From Octopus sinensis (Eukaryota): a stretch of DNA of 64,000 bases. Positions within the stretch are counted from its first letter, which is position 1. Each line of letters starts with the position of its first letter. The notes under the pieces are model-generated. The model searched no databases. It saw nothing but the letters and a program-made list of their open reading frames with translations, and was not told where the DNA came from. Location: positions 8,476 to 72,475 of the forward strand of contig NW_021834517.1 of assembly GCF_006345805.1 (NCBI RefSeq). Reading direction: 5' to 3'. Shown piece by piece: positions 39,950-54,789 of this stretch. A program made the translations under genes and the position numbers.

Positions 39950-41750
39950 TGCGTTTCGATTCAGAATATTTTCTGAAAATGTGCACTTCCAGGTGTTCCT
40001 CAAAATTGCAGCCAAAATTGTTCGGCAAGTTCTGTCAAACTAGGCTCACCGAATCTTTTGTTTATTCTTTGTACAACTTATACGCAACAGAATGCACCAA
40101 ACACAACTTGATTTACATAACAGATGGGAATCTTTACACGTCTCAGTATAAATCATAACATTTCTGTTATGATTCATGGTGGAATTGACTTGACACTTGC
40201 CATTGCACATGAACAACGCTTACCCCTCTTGCGGCTCTTTTTCAAGGTGCTACGTTCAGAAATTCCAGTGGCTGTTTTCTTGCAGTAAGAGATAGTAGCT
40301 AATATTTCTTGTATATTTTTATCCTATCTAAAGGCTACAATAAGTGGTTGAGGGACTATTTGTTTGAAACGAGGATACTTTTCTGAAATATGCAGGTAAC
40401 TTTCATGTTTCACCTTTGAAATGCCAGCGAAATTTCGGTGCCAGTTAATCACTAAAGGAATTTTATCAGAAATTTTACTTTGGTTGCTAAAATCATGCGT
40501 GGAAGTTTGACTTTCTTTGCTAATTTTAGTTATATCATTTGCGATTTGACATAATGGTGTTTCCAGTAATCTCCTATATCAGTAAAAATCCGTTTTATCC
40601 TAAAAAAATTGGGATTTCGGATTTGACCGAATTATATGATGTAGATGATCTGAGCGGCGGTGGAGGTAAATGTGGGATGGCGTGGGCTTGCAAAATAACT
40701 CCGTCACTATTCTGCTTCCAGAAAACTTAATTTTTGTATCCAAAAACTCAACTGTAGTTTTTGAAAAACTAGGCGTAAATTTTATGTTGGACTTAAAGCC
40801 ACAGTTTTTAGCGTAACAGAAATACAAGAAGTTAATTAAACTGTCCTGTGATTCTTCCCAGGTAAAAAAGACGTCATCAGTGAACTGTAACCAGAGCATT
40901 TGTTCATGACTATGCAGGGATTTGAATGTCTTCATTAACGAAATGAACTGTCATGGTGCAACCCCACGTCTGGTTACCTTGTAACACAAACTCCAATAAC
41001 TTACAGAGAAAATTAGATGGAATACTTTGACCGTTTTTCGAAGGCATTTATGCATGCTTCCACCCCCACCCCCACTGTGGTCAATGTTGGGATTTAGTGA
41101 AGAAACATTCATGGTTACCAAAAAAAAAAAAACAGTTTTCGACACTACTTCGGTGCTCAGAAAGTTATCAAGAGCATTTCGAATATAGGAACTTGATCTA
41201 TTTGCGACAGGGAGAAGAAAGCCATCCAGCCACTCCGAAATTTTGGCTGTACAACATTCATATCCGCTGCAAATTGGATGCATTGGAGGACATTTTTCGA
41301 ACTTTTTGCATATTTTGGAGAGACCATAAAATACAGGTGTTCTTTGTTCTGACCATAAAATCTTGGATTCAGCCTTATTTATTGCTTTCTTCCATTTCCA
41401 GAATTATTTTGTCAAGTTCCTCTCTGTAATTGGAGTTTGCATGGGCAAGCAATTTTTCATATAAAGTTCTGTCACTTAAAACTTCTTAGAAAAACTCGTA
41501 ATATACTCACTCTTGTCCAAAATTACAATAGCGCCTTCTTTACCCACCATTTTAATAACAATAGAATCATTATTAGCTAGACGACAGAGTGAGGAGTAAC
41601 GCTGGGAATTTGTGAGTTTATTCCAGGTCTTCTTTCCACTTGTTTTAAGGCTTTCCCTAATGCCTGGAAATCTGACCTCAAATATACCAATGTGTGCATT
41701 ACAACCTGACGATTTATTACTTCAAAAGTTTAAATTGATTGGTGAGAGCC
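39950..41750 (-). mobile_element. Decayed Penelope-like element: RT and eroded GIY-YIG region
   Basis: NNDSIVIK..K.GAIVILDKSEY, HPICSG..ISEWLD..SYI..LVTMNVSSL.PNIDH, FTDDVFFTW..IKFT..VEFLD..KPTPSHIYLH..H..SNPKSQF, PLIVAFR. Confidence 0.85.
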
Positions 41751-43276
41751 ATTCATTTCACACAATGGAAGATATTATTTAACACTATCATATGTTCAAA
41801 ATGAATATCACTTAGTGCAGACATTAAAAAGAATTTGAGTAACCTTGAACAAGTTCGTTCTTCTAAAAATCGTTTCAGTTGTTTCTGTAATCGAGCCTTG
41901 TGCCTAAAGTAGAAAAGATTTTTGTTAGAGCATCTATGTGCCTGATGTTTGACTCTGTAGGGGTGACATCGTGAGTGTGGGGAACCGACACAGTCCCCCA
42001 CGACCTAGTTCGCGCAGGATGTCCACTCTCCACATTAGTGACTCTAGATTCAGTTCTTACAGAAGAAACGAGAGTGGACAAGCCCAAAATATGTTTTAAA
42101 CACCCCAGTACATCAAAAATGTTAAATATATTTACACAAAGGGAAGTGTTTAAAACTAAAGAGCGCAGAACGTGAAAAATTAGTCCGTCAGTTACTGCTA
42201 TTAATATCAGGGCATTGGATGGGCGGAATCCTCGGAACATCGAACAAAATCCCCTGCTTTATTTGTTCTGGCTCTAAGCATTTCTAAGTTTACATCCTAC
42301 CGAGATTAACTATGCCTTTCTTCTCCACGGATACAATAAAATAAACTGACGGTCAAATACTGCGGGCGATATAATCGACTGATCCCTTCTAAATTTGAGG
42401 CCTTGTATCTGAGTAAGAGGTCACTATTAACATAATTCGTAGAACAATAAGAATAGCAACCGGAACGAATAAGATTAAAGGCGAGTATTTCTCCTTGCGA
42501 TAAGCTTAGACACAATTTAACTGGGAAGTATGAAGGAGTAGTGGGAGGAGGAAAAGATCAAATTAACGAATAATTAATGAAAGCAACAAATAACAGATGT
42601 TAAGGAAGATATCCCGAGAGAATTAATTAAACTCTAACATTGCAATATATGAGACAGAAATCGACTTTTAAATTAATAAATTGTTCAGAAGCTTTTAACA
42701 GAAATGAAAATACATGATATAACATTGGCAGATCTAATTATTGCTGAAGACAATTTCATTAAATAAACTAATATTCTACGACATGGGCTGGTCAAGAAAA
42801 TATAGTAATAAGAAGGCTAGAAACCGCGGCCCTACTAACAATACTCAGGTTTGAAAATTATAAATCTAGGAGAAACCTTGTAATATATAAAACATATTTG
42901 TGAACTGTGGAAATACGAATTTAGCTGAGAAATACAAGAAATGCAAGTACAGAGAATAAAACAAACTTTTATAATGAAATCGGATTTAATTCTGTAAATA
43001 AATGTAACATATTCTTAAAGAGATGTAATAACATTAAGTCAGGATCCTCAGAAAAGATATTTTAGTAGAAACACAGTAGTTCCGATACTTGGAATAACCG
43101 AAAAACCCGAATCGCTAATTGCGAAGCCGAGAACTACACGGAAGACGATCTTTAGATATTTCTTTACTTCTTTTAGTATGAAATAAACAACGAATTTTTA
43201 AAAAGTGAGTTTAATGCTCGTTTGTTTTTGTACCATACCTGTCTTTCTTTAATTCGACGCCATGTTATTTGTTAAC

Positions 43277-44555
43277 ATGAAGTGAAAGAGGAATCCGTAG
43301 GATATCACTTTGAAGCTAAAAGTTTTTGAATACGTGAAGTCGCGTTCGAATCAAGCTGCAGAAAGAAAATTTGGAGTCTCAGAAAAAATGATCAGGGATT
43401 GGAGAAAATGAAATCCGTTGACATCAAATCGTTAAAGAAAATTAGTATAGGAATGCGTCCTAATGAGATGGAGGCTATTTTGAGAGACTGGGTGACTGAA
43501 CTACACACGATTGGATTGTCGTCATGAGAAACATCATTAGATTGCGGTCTCTCGAGTGACTAAACAACGTGGTATATCCGACTTTAAAGCATTCCCTGGC
43601 TGGTGTGCGAGGTTTATGAAACGCCACAATCTTACGCTGAGACAGGACTCATAGTGCACCAAAATTACCCGCCGACGCAGAGAGCAAAGTTGATTCCTTC
43701 CATCGGTATATAACAGACCTACGAAAGAGCCACGAGTTTGCCTTGGAAGCAATCGGTAATATGAACGAGACACCCCTTTTTTCGATATGGTTGGAACTTA
43801 GACAGTCGATGTTAAAGCGGAAAACACAATTTCGGTAAAAACTACAGGGGGCGACAAGGCACATTTTGACACAATTTTGGCTTGTATAGCTGACGGTAGG
43901 AAACTTAAGTCGGCTGTTGTTTTCAAAAGAATGTCTTTCTCGAAAGAGAAGTTTCCGAAGAACATAGTGGTGTATGTTGAAGAGAAAGGATGGGTGGATG
44001 AAAGCGTATTGACGAACTGGTTAAACGACGTGTGGTTCAAGCGCCCCGGGGCCATGCTTTACTCAAAGTCGCTTCTTGCATGGGATATGTTCATGGCTCA
44101 TCTAATCAACAATATAAAAAATAGAGTAATGGAGCGTCGTACCAACCAAACTGTGACTCCAGGTGGATGTACATCTGTGCTTCAGCCACTCGACGTGTCG
44201 GTGAACAGCCTTTTAAGGTGAACATGCGTGCCATGTGGAACGAATGGATGATTGAAGGGGACAAGGAAAGGACAAAGGCTGGGAACTTGAAATGCCCTGA
44301 CCATAAGACCGATTGCCCGAGGGCGATAGATCCGTGGGCTGAACACCGACTGAACTTGAGATGGAATCATTTTTTGAAGTGCGGGAGCTTAAATTCCATA
44401 GACGGTACGAAAGAAGACAAGCTATGGAATGACTTCGTCAGTTAATGAAGATCAGACAAGTGAAGACGAAGATCAAGGTGTGTAGGACGGGACCACCGCA
44501 ACCGAGGAGTTTCACCAGTTATTTGGTGAAAGTGATCATGAATGTGACGATTGGT
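43277..44555 (+). pseudogene. pogo/POGK-like DDE_1 transposase (Brinker-like DBD, CENP-B HTH, DDE), decayed; termini not resolved
   Basis: LKLKVFEY..AAERKFGVSEKMIRDWRK, FKA.PGWCARFMKRH, IGNMNETP, KGWVDE, LLAWDMFMAH, PGGCTSVLQPLDVSVN and PFK. Confidence 0.88.
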
Positions 44556-44819
44556 ATAACTCGATTCTTCCGATTTTTCTCACAATCCTTCCTACACTTC
44601 CTTGCAATTGAAAACAGTTCATTGTATTTTCCCCAATCACAGCACGTATGGCTGCTTGGTTGTGTGTGTCAATTGCTGCAAACGTGTCCTAATAATGAAA
44701 TGCATAAATCAACAAGTAAAGGGAAAGTATCGAAGCAATTAAGTCTCAATACGATAAACAAGTCAACTTTCTTGTTGATCCACAAATAACAGAACAGTAC
44801 ACTGTATGTATGTAGTATG

Positions 44820-44889
<70 letters not shown>

Positions 44890-45444
44890 GTAACATATAT
44901 TTGCCAACTAAGTGTGGCGCCCTATACAGGACAGTGCTATTGACGTTCATAGCCCCAGGAAGACATATCCTCCAGCTGGCTAACGACACACATTCTGTGT
45001 CCGATGAGTATTTGCGAGGGGAGGTAATCGCTCCCATCTCTAGCCTTACGTGATACGCACGGACTGGTGTTTCTGGGTGGTTACCCGTCCTCGAGTCCGG
45101 GTGTATCATGTAAGGTTAGAGATAGGAGCGACGGATAGAGAGATGGATGGACAGAGAAGCAAAGGTAGACAGACTGACTGACAGTCAGAAGGATAGACAG
45201 AAAGGCAAACAGAAAGACAGACAGACAGATATATAGAGAGAAATAGAAAGATGACCACAGACAGATTGATAGATAGACAGAGAGACAAATGGATGGATTG
45301 ACAAACGGACAGACAGACAAAATGGCAGACAGGTAAACAGAAAGGCGGACAGACAGAAAGTCAGGCAGACAAGCAAGCAGAGATAGATGAATAGATAGAT
45401 AGATAGATAGATAGATAAATAGACAGACAGAGAGACAGACAGAC

Positions 45445-48400
45445 AGATAACTTTCTTTATTAGCCACACAGGGCTGGACACAGAGGGGACAATTACAAAT
45501 GTAGAGCTTTTCTTTTCGGAGATGGAAAAGGAAAAAGAAGAAAAAAAGGAAACAAATGTAAAATTTTGATCAAAAGGGATCGGAAGGAAAAAAAGCGATC
45601 AAAAGGGATCGTGTATCACAGAAAGAAATTTTTTTTTCAAAGTAACAAACAAAATTAGGTTCATCCGTGGAAAGAAAAGCCTACAGAAAAGACCACGGTA
45701 ACCTCAGACAGGGAGGAAATAAACACATGAGAGCAATGTGCTCTCTCTCTCTCTCTTTTACGATTTACAGACTCATGCTCAAAGTGGTTTCGTCACTTGC
45801 ACGCACCATCTTTGCTACATTCACCCACCTTTTTTTGAAACTTTCACGAGACAAAACCTGCCTTTCCATTCTCACCTTCCTTTTCAAGTGGTACTTGAAA
45901 AAGTTGATGACGTTGGCCAGAGAGGTAAGTGTTTGTCTCTAATCCTTTCGCTCGAGTCCACCACGCACATTCTTTCACCATAGCCACCAGTACGATAAAA
46001 ACTGCCTTGCCTTCCCGGTTGAGGGAAGGATGCGGTGCAATTTTCACGATAGACTCGGTCGACAGGCGGACTCGTCCCACACGTGACAGCAGCCGTTAGG
46101 CATAAGCCCACAGGTCCGAAATGGATGGACACTGCACGAGTGCGTGCAGAACGGTTTCGTCGCTCTGACCGCATCACGAGCAAGTCGGTCCAATGTGTCT
46201 CGAACCGTGCCTGTAGAGCTTATCCCGAACAGGTAATGCTTCTCGATAGCACTGCCAGGCCAGAGATCTTTGGTGATTGTCCACAGGTCCCGGCCTGAAA
46301 GTTGTCCTGAACAGGCGGATCAGGTGTCTCTCGTCGTCGCCCAGATTCTGCCCGAGAACGTCGTCGCACCTCCCCTCCACTAATCCTCTATAGAACGCCT
46401 TTGTTGTAATGAAATCGCATAAATTTGGTCCGGACGGCAGAGTTGCTTGAGAGCAACGCGACACTCGCGGTGCCATTCGCCTAGCCTCGGTCTCTGATCC
46501 ACGATTGTAGTTCGGCCAAGGAGAGGAGCTTCGGGAAAGTGCATCGCACAAAAGGCGACCACACCTGTTCACCATCGTCTATGAAGCGCCGGAGATGTCG
46601 CAGTCTCAGCGCATGTCTGCGTATCATCAACCACGGCATGCCTAGCCCTTAATTTAGCGGGTGTTGACAGCAAATGGATTGCCTAACCATCGGAACGCTA
46701 CCCTTCTACAGGAAGCGGAAGAGTATGCGTTCCAGTTTGGTGATGGTAGGGTCGGGACAAGACACGACGGTCAGGCGGTACTCGATGACGGATGCGATGT
46801 ACGCGTTCGCCACCTCCGCCCGACCTTTTAGGGATAACTTCCTCTCAGCCCATTGCTGGGTGAGAGTGGCCACCCTAGTCGTTATTTCGCCCCAGTTCTT
46901 CTCCATTTGGAGGTCCGGACCGAACCAGACTCCGAGCTATTTAACCGGTCCGTCGGTCTAGTGTTCCACGATGGGGACGCTGTTGGACGGCATGGGCTTG
47001 CTTCTCCAGGTGCCGAGCCGCAAGCCAACTGACTTTTCCCGGTTAATTTTTGCTCCCGTTACCGCTTCGTATTCTTTTAGTATCTCGCTGACCAGGTTGA
47101 TGTGCTTGTAGCTCGACACTATGATGGTGACGTCGTCCGCGTATGCAGACACGCTCCTCCCGCATCCCAGCTCTCGTGGGATGCCCCTCAGCATCGCCAG
47201 TTTCCGCAGTAGTGGCTCAAGAGTCAATACATACAGAAGCGATGAGAGGAGGCATCCTTGACGAACCGAACGCATGATGTTAAAAGGTCTGGAGAAATGA
47301 CCATTTACGCGAACTACCGAGCGGATGCCGCAGTATAAGGCAGCGATCCAACCGCGGAAGATGGGACCGAAACCAGCCGCTTTAAAGACAGCCTCCAAGT
47401 AGTGATGGTCTACCCTATCGAAGGCTTTTGATTGATCCAAATTGATCAGCGCCCCACTCATGCCAGGATCCTTAACTACCCTGTCTATGATGTAGCGCAT
47501 ATGATGGAGGTTGTCATGGATACTCCTACCCGACACGGCGCACGTTTGCCCCTTGTCGACTAGTTTCTCGATGACAAGCGCCAACCTCTCGGCTAACACC
47601 TTGACCAAAATTTTCAAATCTGCGTTGAGCAGTGATGGGCCTGAAATTATCTATGACGTCCCCCTTGTTTGGATCTTTCTTTAGCAGTGCCACTGCTCCT
47701 TGCATTACAAAGGCAGGGATACTCCCGTTTTGCTGCCAGTTGCAGTAGACAGCTGCCAAGACGCCTCTAAACAAGTCTGGCATATGATAATAAAGTTCGT
47801 AGGGCAGACCATCCAAGCCTGGTGACTTGTCTCTCGCGCAGCCTGCCATCGCATCCCGTACGTCCGCGGCTGTGATGGGTTTTTTCACAACACTCCACCT
47901 CTCTTGCTGAGAGTCGTGGCAGGGCATGCAGGTTGGCACTAAAGTCCACTCTGCGTTCTGACCCACCACTTGTCCCAAGCAGTTGGGTAAAGTGTTGCTT
48001 AAAAGCCTCACACATCCTTTCAGGCTCGAGTAATTCGCGCCCCTGTCCATATGTAAATGACCTGATGGTGGCTCTGTTGCCTCGTTGCGTCTCCACCACT
48101 CGGGCCCCTCGGGCGGCTTCAACTCCTTCGTTCCTCAGAGCACGCATCCTAGCTCTGACAACGCATCCTTCGTGTTTGGAGTTGAGGTGTTGGTCGAGGG
48201 CCAACCTCGCTGCCAGTACGTTGGATGCGATGCCAGTTTTAAGTGCCTCTTCTAAATTCTTAACTAAGTCTCCCTCTATTCTATTTCGGTCTAATGCTAG
48301 GGCCTTACTGTACCTAACCGATTCTGCTTTAATTGCTTTCTTTAGGGCATACCACCATCTGTTGTTGATTATGGCACCCGCCAAAGATCTCTTTATTAAT

Positions 48401-48490
48401 ATGCTAATCCGGTCCCTGTAAGCCTGGCGTGCCGTGAAAGACACGTTCAGCTTCCAGTAACCAGGATCCTGCCTATGTGCCTTATCTAAG
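45445..48490 (-). mobile_element. 5'-truncated Tx1/L1-clade LINE embedded in GATA/GACA repeats
   Basis: GYWKLN (end of APE), [41 protein letters not shown] and C-terminal LAWQCYREALPVRDKL zinc region; aataaa near the 3' end; several frameshifts. Confidence 0.93.
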
Positions 48491-48494
48491 TCCG

Positions 48495-48496
48495 AG

Positions 48497-48574
<78 letters not shown>

Positions 48575-48624
48575 ACAGACAGACAGACCGAGAGATAGAT
48601 AGATAGATAGACAGACAGACCGAG

Positions 48625-48687
<63 letters not shown>

Positions 48688-48739
48688 CAGACATGCAGGC
48701 AGACAGACAGACAGACAGATAAATAGCTAGCTAGCTAGC

Positions 48740-48805
<66 letters not shown>
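48495..48805. repeat. (GATA)n/(GACA)n microsatellite
   Basis: Read directly; a matching degenerate array lies at 45120-45448. Confidence 0.95.
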
Positions 48806-50399
48806 TTTGCACAGCAACAAATTTGTAAAGATACACAAATTGTTGCATTTTTAATATATAAATTGTGAAGAAAAAGGATGGAAAATCAGGCCGAGGAGAG
48901 AAAGAAGTGAGGAAAGAGAGAGAGAAAGAGGTGAGAGAAAGAGAGGGGGGAGTGTGTGTGTGTGTTTGTGTGGCTGGGTGTTGAAGTGATGTGAGAATGG
49001 GAGGGAGAGCAATATTTGCTGTGAGAATATTGTGAAGTGTTTGACAGACAAGAAGTGATGAACTGAGCGTGTTTGGTTGGTTAAGGAACATTGAATGTTG
49101 CCTTAATATGGAGGGGTGTTGGAGAGGATGGAGGACAGAGAAACTGCAGGGTTCGGCAACTAACAGAAACTAAATCTACAGCAAGTCAGAAGACGAACAA
49201 TATAGAATGTGTAGGAAAGAAAAGAAAGGGAAAAGGGCAGAAAAAAGAAAGAATGGAAGCAGTTAAGTATATAAAAAAAAAAAAGATGCCAATATATATT
49301 TGGAATGAAGCTAGTGATTCATTGAAAAAACTTTAGTTGTAGAAGAAAGGAAAAAACAAACAAGAACAACTATAATAACAACAACAATATAAATAATAAT
49401 GATGATTTTTGCCTAAAAACGAACTAAAGAAGTATATGAAATGAACTCCTTAAAAGTGGAAATGATAAAAGAGACAAGGAACGATTAGCATTACTACCAC
49501 TGCTACTATTACTACTACTACTACTATTGCTATAACAACTACTACGAAACAAATGATGAGTAAACTAAAAAACGAAATAAAAAAAAAGCAGGGAATCTTT
49601 TAAAAGAATGTATTTCTGGATATTTCTCCGTCTCCCGGTGACACTATGTTAATATTTGTCAGCGTCAGCGTTTCTGTTTACGATTCTAGCGCCATCTCTC
49701 GGCTGATCTATTGTGTGCTATTGATGGCGGTTTAATTTTTACTATGACAAAGGAGAGGTCAGGGCAGACGAAGCCTATAATGCAAAACCAGACTGTCGGA
49801 TACATTGTTGACGGGGTTCAAATCACGCCAAGAACTGTTCAACACTCTTGATATTTTGATCAGCTTCCACTTGTATATTATTTCTTTGTTTCCCATTTTT
49901 ACACTATTTGTAAACACACTTGACACTCCTATTTGAACATTTGGTATTTATTTCATAGAAACAAATTTTTCAATGCCAGAAGAAATATCCGAATCCATGA
50001 ACCTTTCCAGGGCCTGAGAGAGGAGGTGAGAAGAGAGGAAGTTATCCTCACGCATAAGACTGGCATCGAATGCTTGCAACGGAGTGGATTTCACCAAAGG
50101 CACCCAAAACCCTGGTGGTGGTGGTGGTATTGAACCAGCAAACTGATTAAGTCTACCACCCAAAAACAGAATGAGAGCGGACCCTTCAACAGGCTTCCTC
50201 GTAGTTTTCAACAAAAACCTTACTACAAACGAACCCAAAACTCCGTAGCTGCGAACCAAACTGCCGAGCCACATCTCCCTATTCATACTGTTGCAGTACC
50301 TACAATACAGCAGTGGGTGTATATATTATTTAGAGCAGGTACATCCATCCAAAAGGGTTTATAGCATGTATGTTTATCCGCAGTGGTTGAGTGCTCCTG

Positions 50400-51915
50400 A
50401 TAGCCTAACAGAAATAAGATCAAGCACAATTCGGCAGTAGGTCCCGATAGGTTCCGGCCACTGTCCTGAAGATCTGTCCACATCATATTGACCCCGCCCC
50501 TCTAGCTGAGCTCTGGAGGAAATCACTTGAGGCTGGCTACATTCCTGATCATTTTCCTTCCCAGTCTGTCGTTCCGGTTTTCAAATAGGGGAACAAATCT
50601 CTTGTATTTGAGAGGGTGGTGAGATCGCGAGTAACAATCTGCTGAACCCCAACCACCATGGTTTCCGTGAATGCAGGGATTGCTTATCACAGCTTCTACA
50701 CCATTTTGATGACATCTTAAAAGTGTTGGGAGAGGGCTCCAACACCGATGTCATATACCTTGATTTCAGCAAGGCATTTGGCAGAGTGAACCACAAAATC
50801 CTGCTGAAGAAGCTGTCCAATATTGGAGTTCGTGGAAAGCTATTGCAGTGGATAAAGTGTTTCCTCACGAACAGAACCAACATGGTGTGTTTCAGGGAAT
50901 ACGATCCAGCTCAGCCAAAGTCAGTAGTGGTGTCCCACAAGACACTATGTTGGGCCAGCTTCTCTTCATTATCTACATCAACGACATAACAGACGTCATC
51001 AAACACTGTACAATGAAAATCTTTGCCGATGAATCTAAGCTCCAGAAGGCCATAAACTGTATGGGTGACCGAACATGCCTTTAGTCGGATCTGTTTACTG
51101 TTGTCCAATGGGCGGAAAAGAACAATATGCTTCTAAGTGAAGATAAGTCTAATTTGATCCATTTTGGAAAAGAGGATACTCTGAAACTACCATATGCCCT
51201 TCCCTCGGGTGACTCCCTAGTGTCATCCAGTAAAACCAGAGACCTTGGTGTAATTGATGATAACAATCTAAACTGGAGTTCCCACGTAAACAGCAAGGTT
51301 GACTTGGCCCGCAAGATGTGCTCCAAGATTCTGAGAACTTTCTGGTCTAGAGGTGTTCACACCATCATCCTTCTCTACTCTACTTTTGCCTGACCCCACC
51401 TAGAGTACTGTTGCTTACTGTGGTCTCCCCACCCAAAGCAACTCATTATGAAAGTGGAAACACTCGAGAGGTCAATAACAAGATAGACAGCATGACAGCC
51501 ATTGACTATTGGGGTCGACTAAAAACACTCAATCTCTGCTCTCTCCAACGCCACTGTGAACGCCACATCATTTGTGTGATGTGGAAAATATTTCATCAAT
51601 ATTGCACAAATGATGTTGGCATCAATTTGAAAATCCACCCAAAACTTGGCCCCCGTGCTAACCGCCCACTAGAAAAATCGAACACAGGACACATAACAAC
51701 ATTACGACACAACTACTTTACCTCAACCAGTCCAGATCATACCAAAATATGTCAAAACGGAAACAGATCCAATAAAATTCAAAAGTTCTCTGGAAAAATT
51801 TCTCAAAAAAATCACAGACCAACTTCCTATAACAGGGTATGTCCCTAGCGATATTAAATCTTTGCTAGAGTGGGCTATGGAGCCCCATATATGACAGCTC
51901 GCCACCTTAATAATA
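50400..51915 (+). mobile_element. Decayed CR1/L2-like LINE RT
   Basis: SAVGPD, NHHGFRECRDCLSQLL, DVIYLDFSKAFGRVNH, SGVPQDTMLGQLLF, IFADESKL, TRDLGV, PHLEYC. Confidence 0.9.
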
Positions 51916-53327
51916 ATAATAATGGTTGAGACTTGGGTGCAACTCGTATATTTTTAAAGCAAAACCAGTTGATATATATCAATTGAAGAGCCGATCATAA
52001 ATCTAATCTGGTGGCACAAAAATATTTTTCTCTCAGGACATTCGAATGTCAAAATATAGTCATTGAATACAACACGAACCAAATTTGATTTCATGTCTAT
52101 GGCTGGCCAGCATCGAGTCTATAAGCGGGAAAGCCGTGACCCCAGTAGATTTTGCTTATTTAAGAAGTTCCGGTCAGTACTAGCTGAATAACTTCAATCG
52201 AGTGTCTCAATAGACTTAATCAACTCAATGAAAACAAGTGAGAATAGTTGCACTCACAAAAGCCTGCCATTCGTGGATATTAAAAATCGAGGCAGAGTGA
52301 TCTGTCGAGTGACATTGAGAGCTAAAAGAGTTCTATAAATGAAAGTATTAATCTAAATACGCATTTTAATGAGTGAAATAAAAGAGAGATCAATGCTTGA
52401 GGAAAGTGTAGTTATTGTAATTCAGGGAATTAAAACTATCAGGTCAAACGGATGGCAATACGAACGCGTGCGTGCGTGCGTGTGTGTGTGTGTGTATATG
52501 TGTGTGTGTATATGTGTGTGTGTATATGTGTGTGTGTGTGTAGTACCCAATATATTTTTCGGTATCTGTTTAAGGTAATAAGTTGAGATTGGCGAAAGTG
52601 TTCAAATTGAGCCAAAACAATGGTCCCTGACACACATGAAAACATTCATTCGCAAAGATACACCCGGCAGTCCGAATATCACTGTTAAAATATCAATTAA
52701 CCCTTCACATAGGACAGTCGTTGTATATTGGTATGTTTATTATAGTCGGATGAAGTTGGGGTAACCAATTTGGCTGCCGAACAGGCTGTCCAAATGCCAC
52801 ACCCTACGCCAATAACCGACACATTTACTCTAAACACTGATGAACTAACGGTAACACCCTATACTCTTACAATGCTAGAAATAGCAGCCAAATGTTCCTC
52901 AACTTTCACCTTATCTTAAATGAAGGACACATTCGACAATGTTATTTTGGGTATACCACAAAAAGCCCGGATTGGTTATGGTTAGAGCGTCTTTAATTAT
53001 AGGTTTGCACGATCAAGGTTTTAATAACAACCACCGCTCTAAACTTAGCCTATCATATCAGAGTAACAAAGTAACACCAATACATACCTCGATATATTAG
53101 AGAAGATATTGGAGAGAAAGAGGGACAGTGGGGGGGGGTATCTGTATAAGTTTGAAGTGTTTGAAGAGTTAAATACCTTCTCATATCAAGATGGCTCCGT
53201 CATGTGACAAGATATTGAACAGAAGCCTTATCCTTTCATTTGTTATATTCAACAAACAAAACATTCTGTGCAAACCATTTTTTAGAAGAAAGACAAAATA
53301 GTAATGCGTTCTGATATCACCAACGTA

Positions 53328-53410
<83 letters not shown>

Positions 53411-53697
53411 TGCGTGTGTGAATAAAGAGCAGCAATTGTTTTCCATACACTTCTTATGTGGTAGATAAAGCATTAAAAGAGAGGAGGCGGTGGACGTGTC
53501 AACAATGTTCGGTGGCTGATTACATTGACATACGTGTGTAAGCCAGTGATTCCCTGTACGAACAGTGCAAACGAAAGAAAAAGGAAGTGTTTGGAGCCGG
53601 GCACAGCCATACAATTCTTCCTATTAAATCATCTGCCGTCCTTAAATTGAAAATAAACACTTCCAGATAGTTTACCCTGTGCCTGTGCAAACCGAAT

Positions 53698-53776
53698 CCA
53701 TTGGCAACTCGGCCAAGATGGCGAACAGACAATGTAGAGCATGTGTCACAGCCATGTTTGCTATAGCAACGTAAAC
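53698..53776 (+). promoter_or_regulatory. Promoter-like motif cluster (CCAAT, YY1/ATG context, RFX X-box)
   Basis: attgg at ~53700, caagatggcg at 53714-53723 and palindromic tttgctatagcaac at 53757-53770; motif match only. Confidence 0.3.
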
Positions 53777-54300
53777 ATTTCCAACTGCTAGCGGGTCATC
53801 GTTAATGAACTGTTTGTCAGCCAGAGAGAATTCCCACCACCAATTTCCCAGCATGCTTCCCCAGTCTCATTAGCAGCCTTTTAACTCAATCACTCTCATT
53901 ACTTCTTTCTTTCATTATACTTTCTCTCTCTCTCTCTTCTTTCTCTTATTTCCTTTCTTTCTTCCTCTGTATTATTTTCTATCCCGCACCCCATCCACCC
54001 ATGACAACTTCTCCAAATTTAGCATATTTTACTCATTTCTCTCATTGCTTGCCTACCTGTCTGTTTGTCACTTTTGTGTGCGTACGTGCGCGCGCGTGTA
54101 CGAATGTGTGTGTATACGTGTTTTGTGTTGCGTTTTGAAGTACGTGTGTATGTTCGTGATGGGGTGGGGGGCCCTGTCTGTGTGTCAGTCTTTGTGTGCC
54201 GGAGCAGGGTGTCTGTAAATGAGTGTCTCTATATGTGCATGTAAATATATACGTCTATAGGTGTGTTTGTGTGTGTGAGTGTGTGTGTGTATGTGTGGTG

Positions 54301-54331
<31 letters not shown>

Positions 54332-54789
54332 TTCATATATTTACCATCCATAAATCATTCCAGAATTAATGTTCCCCCATTTATGGGAAGGGAGTGAAGT
54401 GGTGGAATTCCGGATTTTTAAAATTACAGATTTTTGAAAATCCGGCTTAAAATAATTGTGGATTAACTGCTTGAGTGGATTTATTCATATCCTTTATGGT
54501 CTGATTTGAAATCCTGCCCCAGAGTGTCTTCGCCTGGAATCTATAAAATAAATGTCAACTTCATATTGAGGGAACGTTTGGATCAACCAATTCAAACAAT
54601 AGTTTCTTCGTAAAAACCATTTTAATTTTGGTTCCCGTAACATATTCGGCGGCGGGTGGGGGCCTTTCTAGTTGTGGATGTCTGTGCGTGCAGCAGCAGC
54701 AGCACATTATCCAGCGATTGTCTGTTGTAGGTCTCGCCTGAGATTTGCAGATTATCAATAATTGTTTGGAATTAGAAGGGTCAGCCTTG

